From a virus (Duplodnaviria > Heunggongvirae > Uroviricota > Caudoviricetes): a stretch of DNA of 51,882 bases. The position numbers and the translations under genes are program-made. The stretch spans positions 64,001-115,882 of the IMG/VR virus record IMGVR_UViG_3300047393_000041, one strand, 5' to 3'. The notes below the pieces were generated by a model. The model was not told the origin of the DNA, made no database searches, and saw only the letters and a list, made by a program, of their open reading frames with translations. Position 1 is the first letter of the stretch; each line of letters opens with the position of its first letter. Of the stretch, positions 1 to 8,400 are shown piece by piece.

Positions 1-1
1 A

Positions 2-373
2 GTTTAATGTTATTATTACATTAGTTGGATTTTCAATAATGTAAATACGTTCTTCAATTAATTTTTTCATGTCCTCAAGTTTAGAAGTTTTTTCATATAC
101 TACAGGAGCATCTTTATCTATATTATCTACTTGTTTTAATGTAGAAAAATCTTTTTCTAACCATTCTGCCACAATATCATTTGTTAAGCTATCAGTTGGA
201 ATGAAATCTTCTATACTTGGAGAACCTAAACTTTGTAACCCATATACATCTAATGATGTTCCTAATTCACTTGTTCCAATGTATCTCCAATGTACATTTT
301 TAATTACATTTTGTAATTCTCCATGATTAATTTCGCAATCTAACGATTCTATTTTCCAGTTATATGTTATCAT
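2..373 (-). CDS. Small fibre-associated protein (DUF7936-like), cut by the window edge
   Basis: Manually translated, not in the ORF track: MITYNWKIESLDCEINHGELQNVIKNVHWRYIG...FIPTDSLTNDIVAEWLE. ATG 2 nt after the stop of 376..1824, no stop before the edge. Resembles small proteins that follow fibre genes in aquatic phages (from memory). Confidence 0.7.
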   Translation of the reverse strand, partial: MITYNWKIESLDCEINHGELQNVIKNVHWRYIGTSELGTSLDVYGLQSLGSPSIEDFIPTDSLTNDIVAEWLEKDFSTLKQVDNIDKDAPVVYEKTSKLEDMKKLIEERIYIIENPTNVIITLN

Positions 374-375
374 AA

Positions 376-1824
376 TTAAGCTATTCTATATGTTATAAAT
401 GTGTTTGTAGCTGTTTTTCTTGTTCTAAATATTGCTTGTGATGCAATAGGAATAGTTGTAAGACCAAACATTGTATTCCCTGATCCATTTGTTATTGTAA
501 CTATACCTACAGAAGATCCTCTATTAATTACAACCCAATCAAAAGCATTATCTATAGGCAATAATCCACCTAATATTCCTGCATTAGTTAATGTTGCACT
601 TGGTAATGCTAATGATACAGCTGTTGCGCTTGTAGCAGTGATTATACCTGTTAGTAACTCTGAAATCAATAATGTTGCACTAGCTGTTTTTGCTATAGGG
701 GCAGGTTGTGCAAAGAATATATTTCCGTTTTGCAAACTTGGTCCTGTTACATCTAATATTGCATTACGATTTGCTGTTCCACCTAACAATAAGTTACCAT
801 AAATTATAGTAGATGTTATACTTGAATTTCCAATTGTTGTAGAATAAATAGATCCTTGATTTGCTCCTATTGATATAGTTGACATACTCCCATCTCCTAA
901 CTGAATAATATCATCACCATTGCAACTTCCTCCTATTGCTATTGTATTATTACCACTTTGTCTTCGATTACCAGTTGAACCTATTGCAATGTTACCATTT
1001 CCTGTACTAGTATATCTTCCAGCAGACTCACCCACGAATATGTTAGATGAACCAGTAGTAAGATATCTTCCAGAACCATTTCCTAAACAATAATTAGAAT
1101 AAGCAGCATTAGCTTGTATTAACGGTGCTGCATAAAGTCCCATTATAAAGTTATATGGAACACTTTTAATTTGGTTAGTTGAAGAACCTAGACTATCATA
1201 TAAAGTTATTAATGGATAACATTCTGATATAGATACTAAACTTGCTACAATTGTACCATTAAATCCACCAGAAGGAGTTATTGTCAAGTTATAGTATGTA
1301 CCTACTGAATTACTGTAAGAAGTTATTGATCCTGATTCTGTAATACCCCATTCAAATAAATCACCAAATCGTATAGCTACTTCTCCTACAGTTCTATCAT
1401 AAATTGTATAGTTTAATTGATAATATCCATTACCTGGAGCAGGTGAAGTGGCAATCAAAGGAGTTACTCCACTAACGTGTGTATACCCACTAGCAAAATC
1501 TGTTCCTGTCCATCCAGTTCCTGAAGCTACAGTTAATAATTCTCCACTATATACAGCTCCATCAGTAAGCTCTGTTCCATAAATTCTAGAAGATCCAACT
1601 ACATTTAAAACTTCATGATAACCTATAGAATCATATCCTACAGTTATAGATCCTGATATTAAAGTTTGTGTCCCTAAATTCACAGCACTTGTTGCTCCTA
1701 CATAAGGAACAAATGTACCTGTGTTATATCCTGTATTGTTGTTAATCCACTCTAATTGTTTAGATATCTGCCATAAAAGATTACTCTCTGCAGACTGTCC
1801 TATTTGTTTACTTGGTATTGACAT
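376..1824 (-). CDS. Fibre/adhesin-like virion protein with YadA-head-like repeats
   Basis: 482 aa. G/N/S/T-rich repeats (NIFVGESAGRYTSTGNGNIAIG); internal segment paralogous to 44403..46238; C-terminal QPAPIAKTASATL...RTRKTATNTFITYRIA domain. Confidence 0.7.
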   Translation of the reverse strand: MSIPSKQIGQSAESNLLWQISKQLEWINNNTGYNTGTFVPYVGATSAVNLGTQTLISGSITVGYDSIGYHEVLNVVGSSRIYGTELTDGAVYSGELLTVASGTGWTGTDFASGYTHVSGVTPLIATSPAPGNGYYQLNYTIYDRTVGEVAIRFGDLFEWGITESGSITSYSNSVGTYYNLTITPSGGFNGTIVASLVSISECYPLITLYDSLGSSTNQIKSVPYNFIMGLYAAPLIQANAAYSNYCLGNGSGRYLTTGSSNIFVGESAGRYTSTGNGNIAIGSTGNRRQSGNNTIAIGGSCNGDDIIQLGDGSMSTISIGANQGSIYSTTIGNSSITSTIIYGNLLLGGTANRNAILDVTGPSLQNGNIFFAQPAPIAKTASATLLISELLTGIITATSATAVSLALPSATLTNAGILGGLLPIDNAFDWVVINRGSSVGIVTITNGSGNTMFGLTTIPIASQAIFRTRKTATNTFITYRIA

Positions 1825-1844
1825 ATTGTTTTATTTTTATTTTA

Positions 1845-2834
1845 TTAATATACTTTGGTAAGTACACAATTTTGAGATTGTATTGAATTAGCTGCATTTA
1901 ATGTTATCCATTCAGCTGTAATAGATAATGCATTTACAACAGTTGTATCAAATGCTGTATTATCTACTAATGCAAAATTTACACCATCTATACTAGTATT
2001 TGCATTTTTATTATAACTAAATTGACCATTTGTAAATAACTCAGCAACTCCTAATCCTCCAATTTTTGTTATTGTAAAATCAAGAAGAATTTCAAAATAT
2101 TTATTTGTTGTAATATTTAATGTAAATACACCTGCATCAGCTATTATATTTCCATCTGACTTCACTCTTATACGAATGTCCTCATTGTTTGCACAACTTA
2201 AATATCCACAAATTTTAGCTGTAAATGAATCACCAACTTGAAAAGCATTAGCTGGGACACTCAATGAACCAACACCTGTACCAATTAAACTTGTTTCACC
2301 TGAAGCTGGTACAATTATAGTTCCTAATGCTGTTTGAGCAAATAATCCATTAAATCCTGGACTACCAGGGATTCCTTGTATTCCTTGAGGTCCTTGCACT
2401 CCTTGTTCTCCTTGCACTCCTTGTATCCCTTGAGGACCTTGATCACCAGGAGGTCCTTTAATATCTCCTGCATCAAACCATTCTGTACCATTCCAACTCA
2501 TTAATGATCCATCAGATAAAAGAATCCATGCATCACCAATATTAACACCAGGAAGACTTCCTGCTCCAGCTAGAAAAGCTGCATAATCTGCATATGAACC
2601 AAGAATAGTTACAGAGTTACCTGCACTTCCTTGTGGTCCAGTGTTTCCTTGAATCCCTTGAGGACCAGGATTTCCTTGCTCACCCTGTTCACCTTGTGGA
2701 CCTTGAGGTCCTGGAGGTCCAACTATGTCAGAAGCTATACTAGTTATTAACTGATCTAAGTTAAGCCAACCTTTGTATCCTCTACAAGGTTTACATAACT
2801 GTTCCCAAAACCCTGCTTTGATAAATGTTGCCAT
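1845..2834 (-). CDS. Collagen-like fibre protein
   Basis: 329 aa. Two Gly-X-Y tracts (GPPGPQGPQGEQG...; GPPGDQGPQGIQG...) flank a ~55-aa domain, followed by a beta-rich C-terminal domain. Confidence 0.85.
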   Translation of the reverse strand: MATFIKAGFWEQLCKPCRGYKGWLNLDQLITSIASDIVGPPGPQGPQGEQGEQGNPGPQGIQGNTGPQGSAGNSVTILGSYADYAAFLAGAGSLPGVNIGDAWILLSDGSLMSWNGTEWFDAGDIKGPPGDQGPQGIQGVQGEQGVQGPQGIQGIPGSPGFNGLFAQTALGTIIVPASGETSLIGTGVGSLSVPANAFQVGDSFTAKICGYLSCANNEDIRIRVKSDGNIIADAGVFTLNITTNKYFEILLDFTITKIGGLGVAELFTNGQFSYNKNANTSIDGVNFALVDNTAFDTTVVNALSITAEWITLNAANSIQSQNCVLTKVY

Positions 2835-2855
2835 AATGTGTTTAAAATTAGATAG

Positions 2856-2863
2856 TAAAGATA
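2856..2863 (-). promoter_or_regulatory. Candidate Bacteroidota-type -7 promoter box (TATCTTTA)
   Basis: One mismatch to TAnnTTTG, ~20 nt upstream of the 2834 start, same octamer as at 40267. No TTTG at the -33 position. Confidence 0.45.
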
Positions 2864-2879
2864 TATATTTTATCTTTAT

Positions 2880-2900
2880 CTATAATTAATATAGTTATAA
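2880..2900. promoter_or_regulatory. 21-bp dyad motif, copy 1
   Basis: ctataattaatatagttataa; matches copies at 25189 and 40324. Confidence 0.55.
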
Positions 2901-2917
2901 TAAAATAATCAAATTGA

Positions 2918-3055
2918 TTATTTACCTTGTCCCTTATAGAGTTTCTTGTATCTCTTAGAAGATTTAAGTTTAGATGTTTGTGATTTAGCATGTACTCCTG
3001 GTCTGCTAACTTTAATTACTACTGCTTTTGTTGATGTATTGGTTTGTTTTGCCAT
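2918..3055 (-). CDS. 45-aa highly basic peptide ending YKGQGK
   Basis: Manual translation MAKQTNTSTKAVVIKVSRPGVHAKSQTSKLKSSKRYKKLYKGQGK; ATG 3 nt after the lysozyme stop; TAA at 2918-2920. Confidence 0.75.
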   Translation of the reverse strand: MAKQTNTSTKAVVIKVSRPGVHAKSQTSKLKSSKRYKKLYKGQGK

Positions 3056-3058
3056 GGT

Positions 3059-3556
3059 TTAAACTGGTATAAAAAATAAATTACTCTCTGCTTTTCTTCT
3101 TTTAACAAGCCCTGCAAGCTTAACTCCATCAGCTGTTATATATTTAGTCTCAAACCATTTTCTAACAGTTACTTCTGGAGCTCTTGTATTTATTAACTTA
3201 TACAATGTAGAAGATCCACCTGTATTATAAACATAAGAAACTAAAGCATCAAATTGATTTTGATTAAGTTCTATTTTTATATTCTGCATCACTGTATGCT
3301 CTCTAGAAGAAAGGTCTTGTAATAATACTTTTCTAGCTTCTTCTTTTGTGTGTATTGTTATGTTAGCATAAGCTAATGCTTTATTAGCTGCTCCTCTAAT
3401 GAAGTTTCCTTTTTTATCACGCATTGCATGACCATATCCTTCAGTCCATATTCCAATTGGATCCATTTTTGGTTGTAATCCAAGTAAAGTTAAATCTCCA
3501 TCATGTAAAGATTCGAATTTTTCAATAAGGTTTATTCCTATGTTACTTGTTTTCAT
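3059..3556 (-). CDS. Endolysin, GH24 phage lysozyme
   Basis: FES...DPIGIWTEGYGH, LNQNQFDALVSYVYNTG and GLVKRRKAESNLF are GH24 signature segments. Confidence 0.92.
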   Translation of the reverse strand: MKTSNIGINLIEKFESLHDGDLTLLGLQPKMDPIGIWTEGYGHAMRDKKGNFIRGAANKALAYANITIHTKEEARKVLLQDLSSREHTVMQNIKIELNQNQFDALVSYVYNTGGSSTLYKLINTRAPEVTVRKWFETKYITADGVKLAGLVKRRKAESNLFFIPV

Positions 3557-3840
3557 AATTGATCTTCTTGAGGAATGTCTAAGTTAGTTGTTGGTTGTCT
3601 ATTATTAAGACTATTTGAATAAGTGGTTAAGGATAAAAGAGCAGCTACAAGAGCAGCTTCCAGTCCTAACAACATAGCTATATCAGCATATGATTGCCCC
3701 ATCTTCCAATTATGTACTGTATGTGATATATTTAGAATTAAATCTATTGAAAAAGCTAGTGCTAAAGATCTTCTTAATGAAAGTTTCTTATTAGCTCCTA
3801 GCCATATAGGTTCAATGTATTTAAATAATTTATATATCAT
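3553..3840 (-). CDS. Putative holin (two hydrophobic segments)
   Basis: 95 aa, two TM-like stretches, polar C-terminus, ATGA overlap with the lysozyme start. Confidence 0.6.
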   Translation of the reverse strand: MIYKLFKYIEPIWLGANKKLSLRRSLALAFSIDLILNISHTVHNWKMGQSYADIAMLLGLEAALVAALLSLTTYSNSLNNRQPTTNLDIPQEDQL

Positions 3841-3841
3841 T

Positions 3842-4276
3842 TTAATTATATACTCTTATTTCTACTAATGTTTGATTCAAATAATCATTTACAAATACAG
3901 GAGTGCCTGTATGTAAGTTTTTAGTTCTTATTTCAAATTCTGTAGTGGAATTAACGAACGTAGTAAACAAAGCGTCTTCAACATTATTAGCTGTAAGTAC
4001 ACCTGTTTTATTCATATCTATAGAATTGATTATAGTACCTAAGTAGATGCCTACATTTGCATAAGACCAATTAATATTTTCTCCTAAAGTATTTTCTAAA
4101 ATAGTAGCCACAGGATCGTTTGTTCCTGTCTGATTTAATAAAGCTGTATACACTTTATATGTTGATCCAGAAGGACTACTAGCTATTAAATCTGTTATGT
4201 ATCTTGTTAAGTTAAATTCTCCTTTGTATCCTACTTGTTTCTCTATCCAAAGACCTGCTTTTATAAATATGCTCAT
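3842..4276 (-). CDS. Small virion fibre/decoration protein
   Basis: Start more likely at 4276 (MSIFIKAGLW) than 4303, which overlaps the upstream gene. N-terminus matches that of 1845..2834; C-terminal YKVYTALLNQTGTNDPVATILENTLG domain. Confidence 0.65.
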   Translation of the reverse strand: MSIFIKAGLWIEKQVGYKGEFNLTRYITDLIASSPSGSTYKVYTALLNQTGTNDPVATILENTLGENINWSYANVGIYLGTIINSIDMNKTGVLTANNVEDALFTTFVNSTTEFEIRTKNLHTGTPVFVNDYLNQTLVEIRVYN

Positions 4277-4278
4277 AA

Positions 4279-4896
4279 TTATTTGTGTAATTTGATTTTC
4301 CAATAAGCTTGTAAGCCTACTTGTAATTGACCATCTGTATTCATTCCTGTATATACATTGTATACCTGATCTGATTTTGTCTTTAACAGAAGACCAACAT
4401 TAAATTGATTTAATAATTGTGCTTGACTTCCTTGTATGCCTCCACCAATATATAATTGATTATTTCTAACTGGAGGAAGTGTTATAGTTTTTGTTACTAT
4501 AGGATATTTTAAATCCCAAGCTACTTTTCTATAAGAAATATTATTTTTACTTACAGTGTCATTAATGTAAACATGTCCTATACTATCAATTTTAATTGTA
4601 TCTTTATATACATTAAGAGCTATGTGCTCTTCTACTAGTTTAGTATATTGCAATACAAGTTTAGCATAGTTTGGATCAGGAGTATATTTAGTTTCTTGTT
4701 TTCCTGGAATTGTTTTATAAACTACAGGCTGTGTAACAACAGTATTTTTTGCAGTTACCCATACAGTGTCTTTTACTATTTTAGGTTCATTTGGTTTAGC
4801 TGGTGTACTAGTACATTTTTGCAATAAAATAACTGAAACTAATATTAAAATAATAACATTAAAAAAATTAGTCTTTACGTAGTTTAATATATTCAT
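4279..4896 (-). CDS. Membrane-anchored lysis-cassette protein, possible spanin-like lipoprotein
   Basis: Basic N-terminus, hydrophobic stretch, then LLQKC; C-terminal alternating beta-strands; located in the lysis cassette. Confidence 0.45.
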   Translation of the reverse strand: MNILNYVKTNFFNVIILILVSVILLQKCTSTPAKPNEPKIVKDTVWVTAKNTVVTQPVVYKTIPGKQETKYTPDPNYAKLVLQYTKLVEEHIALNVYKDTIKIDSIGHVYINDTVSKNNISYRKVAWDLKYPIVTKTITLPPVRNNQLYIGGGIQGSQAQLLNQFNVGLLLKTKSDQVYNVYTGMNTDGQLQVGLQAYWKIKLHK

Positions 4897-4897
4897 T

Positions 4898-5218
4898 TTA
4901 TTCTTTTATGTTTTTATATAATGTTGCTAAGTATTGAAGAATTACACCAATTCCTATAATTATTCCAATTGTCCAAGAGAATCTCTTTTTGAACTCTTCT
5001 TGTTTTTGAAGTTTATCTTCTAATTCTTTCATTTTAGACTTAAGCTCAGTTAAATCAGCAACAAACCCCCCAGTTTTTGTTAGTGCGTTACCTAATATAG
5101 CGTCTACAACTTGTGTTAATTTAGTGTCTATTGAAGTCATTTTCTCCTCTAGATCGTAAAGTCTTTGATCCATGCTTGTTAATTCTTTTTCAACTTTTTT
5201 TTCAAATAATGTTTCCAT
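4898..5218 (-). CDS. Coiled-coil protein with one C-terminal TM helix (holin/antiholin-like)
   Basis: Heptad-like N-terminus, SWTIGIIIGIGVILQYLA TM segment, basic tail; first gene of the lysis unit. Confidence 0.5.
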   Translation of the reverse strand: METLFEKKVEKELTSMDQRLYDLEEKMTSIDTKLTQVVDAILGNALTKTGGFVADLTELKSKMKELEDKLQKQEEFKKRFSWTIGIIIGIGVILQYLATLYKNIKE

Positions 5219-5298
5219 AAGGGAGTGTCAGTTATAATAACATATAAACAAATTAAGTATATAATCGTAGAGTTAATGTTACTATACTATTTACTTAG

Positions 5299-5306
5299 CA
5301 AATATA
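5299..5306 (-). promoter_or_regulatory. Bacteroidota sigma70-type -7 box (TATATTTG)
   Basis: Exact TAnnTTTG in intergenic DNA ~80 nt upstream of 5218 and downstream of a terminator. Confidence 0.55.
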
Positions 5307-5414
5307 ATTGTTTTATTAATGCTATGAACATATGTAGTAAAATTACACATCATAATATAGCATAAGTTAAAATTATTTTTTATGTATTTATCATTACATA
5401 ATGTATGTTATTTT

Positions 5415-5455
5415 AAACAAAAAGAACGTATATGATTGTAATAACATACGTTCTT
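5415..5455 (-). terminator. Intrinsic terminator after the 1595-aa gene
   Basis: 10-bp perfect stem AAGAACGTAT/ATACGTTCTT followed by TTTGTTT on the - strand. Confidence 0.7.
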
Positions 5456-5465
5456 CTTATTTAGA

Positions 5466-8400
5466 TTATCTTATACCATATTGGGATTGCATTTTAATAC
5501 CAAGATCTTTTGCAAGAGATGGATAAAACATAGGAAGTAATCCTGCAGCTTGATTAGTTATAGGATTTGTTTTCATCCAATATTTTATAACTTGATTTTT
5601 CTCAGCTGCATCATCGTCACCAGTTCCTAAAGCATATGATTCTTTTAAAAATCCACCTAAAGCTTTTTCATAATTAGTTATAAGACCCATAGCTGGAAAT
5701 GCTCCTTTTGACACTAAACTTGTTAAACTTCCAGGATTGTAAAAATATCCAACCTCATCTTTAAATTTATCTGTTGCTTTCAACATAAAGTTCCATTGAC
5801 TCTTAACAGCTGGATCTTCATCATCATCTGGAGCTAATGCTTTCATTCCTAAAAATAATGCCCACAATCCTGCATAGAATAATACATCTATTAATTGATT
5901 CTTAATATTTGCTCTAACAAGATCGATAAATTCATCTTCCGTCATTTCAAGTTCTTTATTAGTATCAGCTTTATAATCAGCTCTCTTTTTTTCATAAAGT
6001 TCTCTAATATAATCCATACCTTTATCATTACCCATTAAAGAGTTTTTAAGATTACCTAAAGCTCCTTTTAAATCATCTGAAATAAATCTTGCAATCATTC
6101 TAGTTCTTCCCCACTCATAAGCATCAGAAGCAGCATTGTATTTAATGTTACCCATACGTACATCTACAAGTCTTGGGATCCAGTTTTTAAATACCATGAA
6201 TGAGTTTCCATATATATTTAAATTCATTAGACGTTTATTTTCTTCTGTCATAGAACCTAAAGCATCAGCAGTAAAACTTTGTACTTTTCTTCTTAGTTCT
6301 ATTACAGAATCAGATTTTCTATCTACGCCAGGAATAATAAGTTCACCATTTTCTACTGTACTTAAAGCTAGCACTCCTTGTTTTTCATTGATAGTCTTTA
6401 CATCTTTTTCAAATTTATCAGCTCTATCTTTTCTTTCTTGTTCAGTTCCTTTATAAAATTCTTTATACTCTTCTGTAGTTTTTAAATATTCTCTAGAGTT
6501 AACCACTTTACCATCTACAACAATTGAATTTTTCAAGAAAGAAAAAAAGTTTAATCTTTGTACAGCTTCATCTCCTTCTCTCATCATTACCATTAACCAA
6601 TCTTGCACAGCTTGTTCATCTAATTTATTCAAAGAAAGATGTGTTGCAGCTTGTTTATTATAATTGTCTGTAAATGGTATAAAATACTCAAGCGCAGCAA
6701 GAATTTTCTGTTTATCTACACCATCCATTTTATTACCTAGTAACCACATTTCTGTAGATGCATAATCTGCTTTAGTAAAATACTTACCAGCATTAATAAA
6801 CCCTTGTGCTGTACCTCCAAAGTAGTTAGAAGATGATGATAATATATTAAGACCTAAAGCTGTCACTTGAAATGTATTATTTAATTGTGTTATGGCTTTG
6901 TTAATACTTATTTGTCTTCCATCTAAATTTTCTGGCAATAATTTAAACCCAAGTTTATCATTTATAGTTGTACCAAAATTACCAAACTTTCCTAACAATT
7001 GATCAAATGCTTCACTTTGTATATACTTTTGTTGATATACAATAGCTTTAAACATATCTTCATACAGTTTAGTATTCTCATTATTATCATTTGTATATAC
7101 TAATTCACCATACTCATCCTTTTGTGTTTTTCCAAATTGAGATGTTGCAATAGCTTTTTTGTTTTGTTCAAGTCTTAATAATGCTCTTCCTTGATTTTCT
7201 ATTTGCGATAAATACTGAAACTTAATAGCAAATTCATTATACATTGCCATAGTTTTAAATAAATCTTCTGACGCCTCTTCTTCAAATTTACTTACTAGAT
7301 ATCTAGGAATCTTATTTATTATTTTTCCTGAAATTGGATCAAAAGAACCAAATCCAACTTCATCAGGATCAACTGATATACTTTTCAAAAACTGCTCTCC
7401 TACTGTTATGTTTCCACCAAATATAAGTTTTTCTGTAAAACCTTTTCTAACCCATGGAAGAAATGTTCTAGCTGTTTTATCTTGTATATATCCTATTTTT
7501 GCATATTCATTATTTCTTTCTATAATGTAATTATAAAAATCTAAAGCTGGTTTATTTATATAATTACCATTGGTATCTTTAGCATGTAATTCTTTCCATT
7601 CTTTAGATTCCCAAGTTTCAACTGGGAAATTCTTAATATCATTATATAACAACCATCCCACAGATTTAGGTGTAGATATGTCATATAAGTTCTTAGCTTC
7701 AAATTGTTCTCTAGTCACTGCATTATAATTCTCTTCTTCTGAACCAACTCTAGATTTATCTTCTATCCTTTTATATTCTGTCTTTAATTTTTCTTCTAAA
7801 TATTCTTTATATGCATCTACATCAACATTATCTCTTATCCAATTAAAATCTTTTGCTTCTATCTTAGAAGTTAATGTTTTGTAAAATTCGTTTTGATATT
7901 GATCTATTAATTCATTTTCTCCTTTTTTCTTAATAAGAGAAAACATATTTTTAGATGTAAGACCTTTGTTACTTGCCCATGTTTGAAAAGATTTTTTTAA
8001 TTCTGTTAATTTCTTAACTTCTGATTGTGTATCCATACCAGCACGTCCAAATGCTGCATTAGCCATTTTGAATAAATCTTGAACACTTTTAATCTGTATA
8101 GTAGAAGTTGTTCCTAACCATTTAGAAAATATATCTTTTACAACTTTCTCTCCTTTTTCTGTACCTCCAATATTATCTACAGTGAATTCTGTAAATAACT
8201 CACCTAATGTTTCTTTAAGTTTTCTAGATTGATAAGCTGTTTCTCTTAATTCTTCTTTTAAAGCTTTTTCTTCATCAGTAGTTTTTCCTTCAAAAAGAAA
8301 ATCTAAATCTAAATCCAAAGTTGTATAATGTTGTAAAGCATCTTCTGCTACTAACATTGTTTTTGTGAAATCTTCTACTTCATCACCTTTTAAAGTTTCT

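Noticed and set aside
4277-4303. Track start at 4303 for the 153-aa ORF
   Set aside because: Overlaps the upstream gene; the ATG at 4276 aligns with the paralogous N-terminus of 1845..2834.
5350-5372. Fourth copy of the 21-bp dyad near the lysis promoter
   Set aside because: ATAAT and AGTTA are present but with the wrong spacing; not distinguishable from AT-rich background.
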